From contig NC_088128.1 in NCBI RefSeq assembly GCF_036370855.1, positions 420,899 through 484,898 on the forward strand: 64,000 nt of DNA, in the 5' to 3' direction. A program made the translations under genes and the position numbers. Position 1 is the first letter of the stretch. The number at the start of each line of letters is the position of its first letter. This DNA comes from Dromaius novaehollandiae (Eukaryota). The notes beneath the pieces are model-generated. The model was not told the origin of the DNA, made no database searches, and worked only from the letters and a program-made list of their open reading frames with translations. Positions 21,997-35,740 of the stretch are shown here, piece after piece.

Positions 21997-22795
21997 ATGT
22001 CCAACAGCAGCTCCCTCAATGAGTTCCTCCTCCTGGCGTTCACAGACACATGGGAGCTGCAGCTCTTGCACTTCTCACTCTTCCTGGGCACCTACCTGGC
22101 TGCCCTCCTGGGCAACGGCCTCATCATCACAGCCGTAGCCTGCGACCACCACCTCCACACCCACTGTCTTTTTGTTAGGAGGAGAGTATTCTCTCCTCAC
22201 AGTCATGGCCTATGACCGCTTTGTTGCCATCTGCAGACCCCTGCACTACGGGACCCTCATGGGCAGCAGAGCTTGTGTCAAAATGGCAGCAGCTGCCTGG
22301 GCCAGTGGTTTTCTCAATGCTCTCCTGCACACTGCTAACACATTTTCAATACCACTCTGCCAAGGCAATGTTGTGGACCAGTTCTTCTGTGAAATCCCCC
22401 AGATCCTCAAGCTCTCCTGCTCAGATGCCTACCTCAGGGAAGCTGGCCTTGTTGTGGCTAGTGTTTGTTTAGTTTTGGGGTGTTTTGTTTTCATTGTGCT
22501 GTCCTACGTGCAGATCTTCACTGCTGTGCTGAGGATCCCCTCTGAGCAGGGCCAGCACAAAGCCTTTTCCATGTGCCTCCCGCACCTGGCCATGGTCTTC
22601 CTCTTCATCAGCACCTCAGTTTTTGCTTATCTGAAGCCCCCCTCCCTCTCCTCCCCAGCTCTGGATCTGGTGGTGGCTGTTCTGTATTCAGTGGTGCCTC
22701 CAGCAGTGAACCCCCTCATCTACAGCATGAGGAACAAGGAGCTCAAGGATGCCCTGAGGAAACTCGTTCAGTTGGTACCATTTCAGCAGCAGTAA
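21997..22795 (+). pseudogene. OR unit 2: OR14/gamma-c-like gene with an internal 137-bp deletion (junction ~22160-22185). TM2, ECL1 and the start of TM3 are removed and the frame shifts, so it is a pseudogene
   Basis: ATG at 21997 (MSNSSSLNEFLLLAFTDTWELQLLHFSLFLGTYLAALLGNGLIITAVACDHHLHT…). It then jumps to …EYSLLTVMAYDRFVAICRPLHYG…NPLIYSMRNKELKDALRKLVQLVPFQQQ*. Length is 799 bp vs 936 bp for the intact paralog. Confidence 0.85.
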
Positions 22796-25700
22796 GCTGC
22801 CCATCTCTCCTCACAAGTGATTTCCAAGCGATCTCTGGGAACATTTGTGGTTTGGGCATTCTCTCTGTGATGAACGTGTTTGTTCACAAATGCCTGAATT
22901 CATCTCTCTTCTCCAGAGGTACAAACCCCGTCTCTCTGACCCAGAGGCCTTCCCTAAATCTACCGATCCCTGTGTCAGAGCTGGCCTCCCTTGCAGCATC
23001 TCTGTAATAAAAGGGGATTTCATCAGTACCCTGCCTGAAGGTTGGGCTTTTCTTCCAAAGCTGGGGCCAAAAATGCACTCAGGGAATTGCACCTGAAAAG
23101 GCCCTGTTGCTGTGCCTGGGTTTTCCATGGGCTAAGGGGGATGTGCTCATAGGGTGATGTGTGAGGGAATGAGGGCTGGATTCAGCCCTCACTTGTGCGT
23201 GTCAGTGGCCCAGGAGAGGGTGAGTGCCCAAGCGGTGTCTGCTGGGGACTGTCTCAAATCTTAGAGGGCTGGTGACAGATGCCCATCCTTCTGCAAGGGA
23301 GTATGGAGCCACCAGAAGAGCACAAGAGATCTCCAGGGACAGCATGTGCCTGGGATGGGCAGTGAGTGGAGACTCCCAAAACCAAGTGGAGTCACCCATA
23401 GATGAAAGGCCAAACCAAGGAATGCACCACATCAGGGCTCTGCAGTCTCAGGAGAGGCAGTGGGGACTCATCTAGCACAGGGAAGGCAGCCTCAGGAGCA
23501 GTTTATGTCACCTGCAATGAAAACCCATGGCTGGATCTAATGACACACCTGACCCCATCCTGAGCCATTTGAGATGCCTTGTGATTGCTCTGAGCACCCT
23601 CCACAGCCACAGACCCTGGGGAGGGGCTTGTCAGGTGCAGTGATGCTGGGCCAGCCGGGTCTGCCCTGACCAGCACGACCAGTGTGGAGTCACCCCGGGG
23701 CCCCACAGCTGCTCACTCTGCAGAGCAGCACCACCAGCCCGGGGAGCACAGCAGAGGGGTGCAGGAATGGCCGGTGAGGCCAGCACAGACACACTGATCA
23801 GAGGAAAGGCTCTCTGGAGAATAGGGATGTCTCTCGAGAAGAGCAAAGGAACAATTGTGGGCTTGCAGGGAGGAATTAATGAAAACCTGTTTCTATGTGT
23901 GTCAGCTCAGGACAGGCTGCTCTGTCACTGGACACTTTTACTAACCGAATCTATTCATTGTATCATATTTCCTCGTTCCTTCCCTTTCCTTTAAGCGTTT
24001 TCCAGTTTCCAACAGATGTTGAGTAACCTTGGTGTTCTGTCTGAGAAAGCTGTTGAGTTGATGGAAGGTTACTCCAAGTGGTACTGATATATTAAATGGA
24101 TCCAAACAAAGCCATCGTTTGTTCAGTCATATGAGAAGTTAACCAGTAAGTCTGCGTGGCGATTTGGTCAAAAACATAGGTCACATTACAACGGCTTTTG
24201 TTGCCTTCCATGCCTGTAGTACCCATCTCTATTGTCATAACCAGGTGCAGCTTCCCATCCCGTGTGTTATTACATATAGCTACCTTTAGAGTAACGTTAG
24301 ATCTTAGGGTCAGTGTAACATTATGGCCTACTATCAGTCCTTGACCTTGTGCTAATGATACAGATGGTATTTCTCTTGTAACTATAGTTTTAAAGATGGG
24401 TTGTGACTGATCTTCAATAACCAAGTTGTCCCATGGGCAACGTGAAAAGGCAGAACCTGTTAGAGGCACATTTCAGGTGTTTTTTTCCAGTTATCAGTGT
24501 CCCCACGGTTAGCAGGTAACACCACACTTCCCTGCAAGTGAAGACACCCAGGTCTTGGGCATAATCCAAGCCTCATTTATGGTTAACTTGCTCTCTTCAG
24601 TGTCTACAGCATCCCATACTCCTTTTCCATGGTAAAAGAGCACCGTTACCCATATTGATCCCTGAGTTGGATGTTTAACCACAACCTCATCTCCAGGACT
24701 TTGATAGGGTTTTCTTTCTGTTTTAGCAGGAATTCATGCAGCTACTGACACAACCCCCTTCTCTATGGGACTTCCCATGAGAGTTTGTCACTTATTTAGC
24801 CAACTTTCTACTTCCCACAAATGGGATCCCCACTTAGAAGTAATCTAAAAAGAAGAGTCACTGTTGCTTCTGTCATCCACTCCATCTTTCTACTGCCTTG
24901 TTGCTGTGCCAGAGTTTTCCATGGGCTAAGGAACATGAGCTCACGGGGTGGTGTGTTAGGGAATGTCAGATGGATTCAGCCCTCCCTTGTGGGGGCCCAG
25001 TGACCCTGAGGATGGTGAGCGGTAAAGAGGTCTCTGCTGGGGACTGTCTCAACTATTAGAGGGCTGGTGACAGATGCCATCCTTCTGGAAGGGAGTATGG
25101 AACCACTAAGAGAGCACAGGGCATCTCCAGGGGGAGTTTGTGCCTGGAGTGGGCAGTGAGTGGAGACTCCCCAAACCAAGTGGAGTCAACCAAAGTAAAG
25201 GGCCAAACCAGGGAATGCACCAAATCAGGGCTCTGCAGTCTCAGGAGAGGGAGTGGGCTGGGTCTAAGGACACACCTGAGCCATTGGAGATGGCCTGTGA
25301 TTGCTCCAAGCATCCTCCACAGCCACAGACCCTGGGGAGGGTTTGTCAGGTGCAATGATGCTGGTCCAGCTGGGTCTGCCCTCACCAGCACGGCCAGTGC
25401 GGAGTCACCCCGGGGCCGTACATCCTGCTTGCCCTGCAGAGCAGCACTGCCAGCCCAGCGCCCTGCAGGGAGCACAGGGGAGGGGTGCAGGAACGGCCGG
25501 CCAGACCAGCATGGACACACACACCTGGGGAAAGGCTCTCTGGGGAGCAGGGATGTCTCCACAGAAGAGCAAAGGAGCAACTGTGTGCTTGTGGGGAGGA
25601 ATAAATGAAAACCTGTTTCCGTGTGTGTCAGCTCCGGGCAGGCTGCTCTGTCACTGGAGCTGCCTGAGGAGCCCCGGGGCCAGGACTCTTGTGCTGCCCT

Positions 25701-27390
25701 GGGGAGAGGGGCTGCCCAGAGGGGCTGCAGGCAGCCAGGGTTAAGGATCTCTGGTCGTGAGAGCAGGGGAGACATGGAGCGCCTGGCCTCCATTTCCTTG
25801 GGCCATTGCTGGTCCCCAGGTGTGGGGCTGATGGGGAGGCTGACACCCCTCTCTGCCCCCCAGCAGCTGCTGTGGCCTGCAGAGGGGCTGGGGCTGTGGG
25901 GTGAGTGCCCAGAGCTCTGCAGCCCCCTGCCACAGGCACTGCTGTGGGGCCACCCCAGCCTGGTCTGCTCTGCTGGGGAGAGGGCTGGGGAGAGGGCAGG
26001 GGAGGTGGGGAGAGCTGGGGAGGGTCTGGTCTGGTCTGGAAAGGGCCCCGGAGAGGACAAATGCCAGCAGGCAGCTACTGCGTGTGAACGGCAGTGTGGG
26101 AGCACACAGCCATGTGCTTGCAGGGCAAATGCAGGTCTGCTGGGAAAGGCAGCAGGACATGGAGGGTGCGGAGAAGAGCCCAGGTTGTTCCCTGTGTTGC
26201 ATAGACACAGTGGAGAAGGTGCCCCAGGGCCGTCGTCCCAGAGCAGCCCCTCACATCACCCCTTTCCAGCACTGGCTGCTCACCGAGCTGTGGGCTGGTC
26301 CATGGCCAGCTCCATCCTCCTGCAGGTCCCCGTATCCCAACAGAGTGGAAAAGACCAGCCTTGCGGGGCCTCTCTTCTGCACCAGACCCCAGCAGATCCC
26401 AAAGCACAGCTATCTGCTGACCCCCATGTTGGGCACAGCCTGGGCTGGGCAGTGGCTGGGTGCTTGGACCCCCCAGAACCTGGAGGATCATTTAAGAGTC
26501 ATTTAAGAATACCCCAGCCCTTTCCATGTCCAAGGCATCTGGTGTCAGCTCCAGCTGAGCTCTGGCTTTCCTCACTCCATCCCTGAACGCACGGATAAGG
26601 TCTCGATGCTCCCCCCGGCAGCCTGTGCCCCTTCCCCCTCTGTGCACATCTGCCCTGGCACCCTGAGCACTGGTGCTGCTGCCAGGGCAGAGGTGGAGGA
26701 TCCCCCGGAGCAGCTCCTCTGGGAGCTCCCCAGGGAAACGTTATGCTCAGGCCCAGCCTCAGCCCCAGCCCCAGCGTGGCAGAGGGGAGCTGCCCTCTCC
26801 CAACCCACCCTGGCAGTGCCAGCCCCACCTCAGCCTGCTCCTGAAAGGCTCCAGCGCAGCCCTGGAGGGAGCTGGAGCTGCCTCGGGCCTGCAACAGTCT
26901 GGCGACAGGAGGGTTTGACATGGGCACAGCAGCAGCAGTGCTGGGAGCAGGGGAGGAGCAGGGAAAATGGGGCAAAGACCCCTGCCCTCGGCTGCACAGC
27001 AGGGGCACTGGATGGGTGATACCTTTCTGGCTGGCCAGGCTCCAGGTTCAGGGTGGATGCCAGCTCGAGGGTAGGAGCACCAGGATTTTCATGGGCTTCA
27101 GTGCAGCTGTGACAATGGTGAAGGCAAGTGGGCAGATCGAGGCCCAAGCAACTGTGGAGGCCGAGGGTGGAAAAGTCAGCATGGGGCTGGTGAAGGCCCT
27201 CCCTCTCCTCCTCATGGGGAAGAGAGTCCCCTCTCTGACAATATTCAAGGGAGATGGAGTCTCCCTTCTGCAAGAGTTGCCCCAGGACTGTGCACAGAAG
27301 AGAAAGAGCAGGAAGGCTGGTTGTAGGGATGTTCTCAAGCTTCAGCAGCTGCAGAGGCAGGAGCTGGTCACCTCGCAAATTTCTGAATGA
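22122..27390. repeat. Segmental duplication copy 2 (paralog of 14620-19030)
   Basis: See copy 1. Confidence 0.85.
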
Positions 27391-29449
27391 GCCAAAATGC
27401 AGGTCCTGAGGCATTGCACTGCCTTACGGGCTCTGCACCAAAGTGTGCACAGCAGCCCTACAGTGTGTGGGCATGTCCTGAGAAACCCAGGGTCAAAAAT
27501 GTGGGAGACCAAGGAATCCAGGGCTGTAGAACCCCCTCGGGAGAGACAGGGTGACCATGGTGAGGAGATCCGGGGTGCCAGGGCTGTCCAGCCCCCATAA
27601 AGCCAGGGTACCAGGGAGGGCCCAGGGTGTCAGGGACTGTACCCAGGGGAGAAGCACTGCCTCAAAGACATGCTGGGAAGCCCAAGGATCAGCTGAGCCC
27701 CAGAGATGAGAAACAGCTTTCTCCAGGCTCAGCCAGAAGGAAAGCTGGGCAAAATTCATGGGCAATGGGAAAACTTCCCCACATTTGCTACCTGGTCTGG
27801 CCCATGCCTTTGGAGCCTGCCAGGAACCAGAGTCCCACATAAAGCCCTCCAGATGATGTGTGTTAAGGGCGCGTTTGCTCTTTTCTGGCATGTCATCTCT
27901 ATCTTAAGCACTGCAGACCAAGGAACCTTGCTGAGGACTTTTAAAAGCAAAGAGTCTGGTTTGGTGTCTCAAGGACGAAGGCTGCATCCTGTCCCATACT
28001 GTCTTCCACCCTACTTCTACAAAAGAAGTGACCCACAGCAGAAATCAGTGTTGAGGCTCACCAAAGCATCTCTGCTTCTGGCCACGTTTTGTGCTGTTTC
28101 ATCCCACATGACTTTGATCCTGTCTTTGAAAAAGACCAAACTCCAAACCAGCCTCCAGACCCCAGCTTCCCATACAGCTCTGCCCAGTGCAGAGAAATGT
28201 CGGTGTGGGGGCACAGAAGTGACCTCTCCAGTGCCCCATTTGAAATAGTTCACAGCCTTTGTCATCATCTGGAGATGTTCCTGAAGGATTTATAAGCAAG
28301 TTTTGGAAACTCACTGGGGTGAGGGGAGGTGACTGCTTTCAAGGATGTGAGTGGAGGTATCCCTGCTCTCTCCCTGGCTGTGCCATCTCCACGGCGGTGG
28401 CCTACTGAGCCCCCAGATGACACGAGCTGAGGTCGCAGTGGGAAGTGCTGCATCACAGGGAGGTCTCCACAGTGCCACGGCAGAGCTCTCACTTGACTGC
28501 AAGACGTGGGCACTACTCACTCGCTCCCCGCTGCTGCCCTTCAGAGCTGCTCCATGTCAAGGTGTGGGGACAGGAGGCAGCTGGGCCATGTTGGGGCTGC
28601 TTGCTGACAGGCAGAGGAGCAGGAATACATTGGAGAAGAGTTTTGGATGACAAGATGGGAAGAGTGTCCTTTTGCCTCAGAAGGACAGGCGAGCCAAGGG
28701 CATGGGGCAAGCAAGATGGAGGACTGCTGGACAGAGACTATCAGCCTCAACTGCACTTCCTTGTTCCCAGGACTCCTGCAGCTCTCCACCAAGGGTAAGG
28801 GCTTCGGAAGCTCCTTCCCAAGGTGCCACACAGAGACCGTTAGCTGCAAAAACTGCTGTGGATCCTGGGCTGTGGGGGTGGCTGGACAGGCCTGGGGGCT
28901 GCCACAAGAGCCCTGCCTGAGGGTCCCACCTGGCTCAGGGGACAATGTGGCAGCCAGGACTCCTGGGGGCTGGGGCTGGTGCTGCCCTGAGCCCCAACTC
29001 TATCCCCTCATGGCAGGGGGCAATCCAGTTCCAGGTTTCCCTGGGAGTGGGTCCCTCCTTGAGATCCATCTTGGGCAGGAAAGGCATGCTGCATCCCAGA
29101 GGCTGGGGTGGCCTGCAGCTAGGTGGGGCTCTCAAGACCATGCTGGAAATGCCATGGTTGGAAATGGGTCCTTCACCTTGTAACAACCTCAAGGCATCTA
29201 TTTATTTGGGAGAATCTCTCTCCCGTCCCTCTGCATCCTTTTATCCTTCTAACTTGGCAGAGCATGTTTTGGGCTCAGAGATCTTGTCCTCAGATGGCCG
29301 CAGGCCCTGTCCTCCTGCAAAATGGGGTCAAACCTCTGCACCCAAAAGACAGCCTGTTTGGGGGAGCAGCTTGGGAAGAGGTGGGGGTGCCATGGCCACC
29401 CCACAAGTCCCTGCTGACCCCAAGCCTGTTTCTCTGAGCCGTGGGGGGC

Positions 29450-30450
29450 AGTGCTGGGGGCAGCCCAGCAGGGCCATCTCCCCCGCCCCCTCCCAGCCCC
29501 ACACCTCCACTGCCCAGCACCGACAGGCCCAGAGCTGCTCTGGCCCTGGCTGCCCCGGGACCCCAGGGGCTCCTCAGCCCTGCAGGGTGACACGCTGGGG
29601 CACAGCCCGGCCCCACAGAGAGCAGCCCCTGCCTGGCCGCAGCCCAGCCCTGCTGGACGCAGCGCGAGGGCTGTTCCCCATGCCTTGCCCAGCCCCCGGG
29701 CGCAGGGCAGCCAGGAGCCCCACGGAGGCCCTGCAGCAGAGCCCTGACCCTGCGGGGCAGCAGCCAGGTCCCAGGGCCCCGCACTGCCTGGGCACACGGC
29801 GCCGGGCTGCCCCCAGGCCCCTACACACCCAGCTGTGCCCCGTGCTGCCACCCACAACATGGTGCCCCACCGCAGGGTGGGGGGGAAATGGGGGGGGTAG
29901 AGCTGGCCGCCAGGTCAACAGGGTGCAACGGCACAGTGCTGCCTCCTGTTGGCTGCTCTGAGGAGGAGGGTGGGGATGGGTTTGACTGATGGCTCTGTCA
30001 GCCAATCGGAGTTCAGAATGAGGAAAAATACAGCCCTGGAAGCGGGGCGGGATCAAAGCAGGAGTGAGGGGGCGGGTGCGAGTGGGACTGCAGGCACGTC
30101 CCGGTGGCGGCGGGTGCCCTCCTGCCGGGGCGGGGGCAGCGGTGCTGCCCCGGGGCTGCTTTCCTCCAGGAGCTGCAGCAGGGGCTGGTGGGGCCGGGAG
30201 CACGGGACAAAGCGCCCTGGCCCCGGGGGAGCCGCCCTGCGAGCCAGACGTGCCAGCTGCCCCCGAGCAGCTGGGCCAGGGCAGCTGGGGGGGTTTGGGG
30301 GCAGGAATCTTTGCCCCTGCCCTGGGTCGCAGACCCCTTGTCCAGCCTTTCCCAAGCTGCTGCTTTGGGGCAGTAACTGGTCCATAGCGGGTGTTTCGCT
30401 GCCTGATGAGCATTGCGAGGCCGCGGGGTGAGTCCGGGCGGCCGCTCAGG
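29450..30450 (+). promoter_or_regulatory. CpG-island-like GC-rich segment specific to mega-unit A. It has a CCAAT box (cagCCAATcgg, ~30003), GC boxes (~30065-30080) and a consensus 5' splice donor GGG|gtgagtccgg (~30427). It is a candidate promoter plus first exon
   Basis: High CpG density (many cg dinucleotides in 30060-30260). The donor hexamer matches the GTGAGT consensus. No recognisable protein is encoded. Confidence 0.3.
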
Positions 30451-30559
30451 AGCTGGCTGAGCCTTGGGGGAGGCAGGGGCAGCTGCAGGCGGCAATAGCC
30501 GCGTGGCCGGGCTGTGGGCAGGGAGGTCACGGCTGTCTGCAAGAGCTGGGCCAGGAGAT

Positions 30560-31760
30560 CCCTAGTGTCACATCAGCTCTTGGTCAGTAGCTGCCAGGCC
30601 AGCAGGAAGCACGTGCCTCGGCTGTTGATGATGAGGTCACTTCTGCTGGAGTAGCTGATAGGCCAGCTCAGGAAGAAGGCATGGATGTTGATTGTGAGGT
30701 CATTTCTGACTGATGAAGTGACTGGATAGCAGCAGAGCTGTGGGTGGAAAGGTGACTGTGAGGTTACTTCCAGGTGAACAGTAGATAGGGCAGCAGCAGG
30801 TCCACAGCTGGGACATGTGCTTTGGAGCTCACTTCTGCCTGAGCAGCTGGTAAGCCAGGATTTGGATCATGGCTGGGGATGTTATCGTGAGGTAGCTTCT
30901 GTCTCAGAGGCTCGTAGGCCAGTGACAGGCACATGGCTGTGAAGGGGACTGTGAGGTCATCTCCTTCTGAGTCCCTGATAGGCCAGCAGCAGGCCCTGCC
31001 TGGGAAGTCCCTTGTGAGGTCACTGCAGACAGAGCAGCTGGCAGGCCAGCAGCTGGCCCCTGGCTGGGAACTGACTCTGAGGTCCCTCCTGTCCCAGCAG
31101 CCTCTGGGGCTGCAGCAGGTGCCTGGCTGTAAAGGTGCCTGTGAGGTGCCTTCTGGGTGAGAAGCCGATAGGCCAGCAGCAGGCTGTGAAGTGGGGAATG
31201 TGCTGGTGAGGTCAGTTGTGTGTCTGTCTGTGATAGGCCAGCAGCAGCAGGCCCCTTGCTGGGAACTGACTCTGAGGTCATTTCCTGCAGAGCAGCAGGG
31301 AGGCCAGCAGCAGGCACGTGGTGGAGAGATGTTTGTGAGCTCAGCTCTGTCTCAGTGCCTGGTAGACTGTGTGGAGGCACATTGCTGGATGAGCTGCTCT
31401 GAGATCACTTGTCAGTGCAAGGCTAGCACTTGGCTAATGGCTTGGGCATTTGCTTGTGAGGTCACTTCTGCCTCAGTCCTGGTAGGCCAGCAGCAGGCAG
31501 ATAGCTGTGAAAGCAGACTGTGAGGTCTCCTGGGTCAGACTACTTGGTACGGCAGCAGCATGTTCATGGCTGGGGATGTTATTTCAAGGAAACTTCTGCC
31601 ACTGAAGCCCTTAGACCATCAGCAGACCCCTGCTCAGCGTATGGACTTGTGAGGTTACTTACATCTGAGCAGCTGCTAGGTCAGGAGAAGGCACATTGCT
31701 TGGATATTGATGATGAGGTCACTTCTGGGTTTGGTGAGTCTGCTCAGAGGAGGAATTGAC
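30560..31760. repeat. 62-bp satellite array A (~19 units; consensus ~tgtgaggtcacttctgcctgagcagctgataggccagcagcaggcacatggctgggaaggtgac)
   Basis: 'gtgaggtcacttctg…taggccagcagcaggc' recurs at ~60-62 bp intervals. Confidence 0.85.
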
Positions 31761-34700
31761 ACCCACGGAGCTCTACAGCAGTAGAGAAATGCAACTAATA
31801 AATCAAGCAGATGTAGGCAATAACATTCCACACCATCTATCACAGGTTTTATTCCACTCTCCATCATCATGAATTAGTGGTGCTACATTTAAAATGTGGA
31901 TAATGTTCTCTGGTAAACGTAGACATGGAGTTTGACTTTGTAGTTCTTGCTAATAACATGGGCTCACAACCTGCTACCGGTGGATGGGGGAGTCCAGCTA
32001 GAATGTTTATGCTGCTGAATCAAGGAAGTGCTGGTGTGAGCAGCGATGTTAGTAATCTCTGCTTTCCAGGGTCTGTGTGCTGCAGAACATTCTGCACCAC
32101 AAAAACACCAGGCTGCTTCTGAGATTCTTCTCCAAGACCTGAGCGATATGTCTGTCCTCTGCTTCCTGGAGGTGGGAAGCCAGCAGTGCAGGGCTGTTGA
32201 GAGGAAGGGCCTGTTGCAAGGCCTTGGAGGACTGGAAGGGGATGGAAGGGCTGGAGAGTTGGTCTGTGTGTGTTTTGGGGCCCTGGGGGTGCCCTGGCTG
32301 CTGCCATGTGTGCTGCTGTGCCCTGTGTGTCCCTGCTGCAGTGGTATGTGTTGGCTGGGAACCCTCTGTGAGGGGAGGGGTGGGGGGTGAAGCGTGTCAC
32401 AGTGGTGGGGTGTCCTGTGGTGGGGACAGGGGGTGGACTCAGTGTCTTGGTGCTCGTCCCAGGAGGAGGTGCCTGGAGAGAGCAGTGCTGTGCGTGGGGA
32501 GTGCCGCCAGGCTGGGGAGCTGGGGAGCCCTTGGAGGGGAGGAGGTGACTTGGCTCGCAGGGCCCAGGCTGCCCTGGTGGCGAGAGCCAGGGGTGCTGGC
32601 AGCCTGCTGCCTTCCGTGCGCTGAGGTTCAGGCCTTGAATTTGCAAAGTTCTTGCCAGGATCTACTGGCAGGTTCCAGACTAAAGGCCAGGGAGTGTTTC
32701 TGCTTGGTCTGAGATGTGAACCAAGGCTGCTTTTCCCCTCCTTTCCTCTTATTTGCTTTTTCCTGAGAGACCTTTCCCCTGCAGCAGTGTCTGCTGAAGG
32801 AGGAGGAGGCGGCAGTGGGAGATATTCATTCCTGGATGGGCTTTTTTCCTGTTGCACATGCATCCCTTTTCCAACCAGATTCCCAGCTTTGGGCAGACAT
32901 TGTAGATCCTGTGTGCTGGAAGCAAGTACTTCTGCTCCTGTCAGGCAAGTTGGGTCATACATACTTCATGGTATACCTGAGACATGCAGCCCCATCTGTG
33001 ACATTTTCTGGTGAAAAGCCTCCTTTTGGCAGCAGGCAGTGCAGGACTGAGGAAGAGATTTGATGCTGAGGCTCAGCACAAGGAGTGTGATCAGGAAGCA
33101 CCCATTGCTGGGCAGAGCGTAGTTTTCTGCCAGGTGCCAGCTAGGGACACGTGAGTGTCTCCATTCCCATGAGTCGTTCTGTCTTGGGCCGTGGCTGTCC
33201 AGCAAAGACAGAGCAGCATTTTTGGATGTGGAGGAGCTAGCAGGCAGCTCGATAGAGCTGCTGGAAAGTCCCTGAAGGACCGTGAACGATGAGAAAAGAG
33301 GAAGAAGTGTGTTTGTCTGGATTAGTAAGACGCTGACTTTGTCTTTCTCTGCTTCTTACTTCCCCATTTTCACCCTGCACAATGTGCCGCGTGTCCCTGT
33401 AGCTTAACCCAATTATAGACTAGAGCTAGACGTATGAACAATGATCTTTAGCGAATCACGAATAAGAAAGATTACGTATGAAAAGTCTGTATGAGTATAA
33501 GTATACGTGTAAAACCTCAATAAAGGGTCTTCTGATTCACCCGCATCAGGAGTCCGTGCCTTAACTCTCCCTCAACAGGTTTCCCTTGCCAAGGCTTTCC
33601 TGACTTCAGTGAGAGGGCAGGTCCAAAGTAGAGATGGGGAGTCAGCTCAGCAGGATGGGGACAGGGTCAAGGCAGCACCTGAGAGGTGCAGGGCCAGGCA
33701 CAGCCATGTCCACAGTGTCACACAGGCCATCCCCAAGAAGAAGGACAGCAGCTCCGTGGCAAGGGGGGTGAGGCCCCGCAGTGAGGCCAGTCACTCTCTG
33801 TCTCCCCTGCTCTTGTGCCCAGCACATCCCCCTCCCTGTCTGCCTGCAGCCCCTCCATGCCCACCCCGCTGCCCAGCACAGCACCAGAGCCCTGGCCCTG
33901 CAGCCCCTCCAGCAGCTCCTGCTGCCCCAGGGACAGAGCAGCCTGCCCTGAGCTGGTGACCAGAGAAACCTACTTCTCCTTCTCATTTTCTGTCTCTGAA
34001 CGCTGCCCTGCTTTTCTCCTGGGACATCCCTGCTCCCCAGAGAGCCTTTCCCCAGGTCAGTGTGTCCGTGCTGGCCTGGCCATTCCTGCACCCCTGCCCT
34101 GTGCTCCCTGCAGGGCCCCTGGCTGGTGGTGCTGCTCTGCAGAGCGAGTGGCTGTGGGGTCATGGGGTGACTCCTGACTCAGCTTTGGCCATGCTGGTTG
34201 GAGTGGGAAGCAGACCCAGCTGGACAGGGATCACCACCACTGATACTGCTGGCACCTGTCTGTGCTCATGGATGGTGCTCAGAGTGACCCCAGGGCACCT
34301 GCAATAGCAGGAGATGTGTTTGGGTGGGCACCAGCTCCAGCCTGTGGTGTTTCACTGAGGCTGCAGGAATCACTCTCCAGGGCCCCTTCCCTGGGACTCC
34401 TGGGTCCCCACTGCCTCTCCTGCAATTGCAGAGCCCTCCTTTCCCCATGCATCCCTGGATTTAGTGCTCTACCTTCTGGTTACTCCACTGTGGATCACCC
34501 CTCATTTTGTGAGGCTCCACTCACTGCCCACCCCGGGCACATGCTGTCCCTGGAGATTCCCTGAGCTCTCCTGCGGATCTCCTGGAATTTCCCCTCCAGA
34601 AGGCTGGATATCTGTCATCAGCACTGTCACCTGTGGGACAGCCAAGGGCAGGTGATTCAGACATCATTCCCCATCTCCACTGGTCACTGAGAGATGAGCC

Positions 34701-35740
34701 TTGAATCCAGCTGTCAGTCCCTAACAGATCACCCGGGGACTCCGACCTCATCCCGTGCAGCCTGTGGAGTTCACAAGCAGAAGAAAAGGTCTTTTTGTGG
34801 TGCAGTCCCTTGGGTGTATTTTTGACTCCATCTTCTGAAGAAAGGCCAGACTTCAGGCACGTCACAGGAGAGATCTCCTTTTATTATGGAAATGTTATTC
34901 TGGAGGCCATGCCTGGCGTAAGGGTGCCCAGGGCCTGTGTTCACAGGACACATGCACTTGGAAACACGATCCTACCATCACGTTAGGAGAGTGCTTAGGC
35001 CATATACACACATGAGAGCACAGCAGGAGAGTGTGGAAGTTAGGAGAGCAGCCCTGAAAAGAGAAAGTCCTGGTGCTCTTGGTGGATGAGTCTCCAGGAA
35101 AGCTGCGGCCCCCATTTAAAGGCTTCAGTGAGGACATGCCTGATATGGCAGTGGTGGGACGGTCCTGAGGAGCAGAGGGTCTGTCCCTACAAGCTGCATC
35201 TAGACTCTCCTGCCCTCCCCCCCCACTCCACTGTGAACATTGGAGCACTGAAGAGGGAAGGGACCAGCCCACGGTGACACCTGGCTGCCACCCTTGCAGG
35301 AGAGGGGTGTGAGATCACACCCTGACTGTGGCCAGGGGAGCTGAGCTCTCCTAATGGACACGGGACCCATGGTCTCACCCCACCTGCACTCATCTGAGCC
35401 TGACTCTGTGCCCCTGAGCTCCCTTGGTGTCAGGGCTGAAAGAGACACTGCAAAGGGAAACTCTCCCCATTGCCCTGAAGACATTCGAGGGAGCTCAGAC
35501 TAGCAGGCGCTGAGGTTCCCCCATCTCTGCTGATGAAGGGAGAAGCCTGGCTTCCTGCTTCAACACGGTCTCTGGGTCAGATTCAAATGAGAGAGAAGTG
35601 GCACAAACCAAAACTTTCTTTTTTTTTTTTAACTTTTTACAAGAATGTACCAGAGAAAAGTAAGAAGAAAACAGAAATGAACAATGCAGAGCCTTGATGC
35701 CAGAGGTGCTGGGAATGATGAGATGATGAACATGGGATGG

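Noticed and set aside
30933-31402. ORFs such as 30933..31160 (MAVKGTVRSSPSESLIGQQQ…) and its paralog 49052..49252, which recur in both mega-units
   Set aside because: They translate the 62-bp satellite, with the peptide periodicity 'IGQQQAP…VRSL' matching the unit. Their conservation reflects DNA duplication, not coding constraint.
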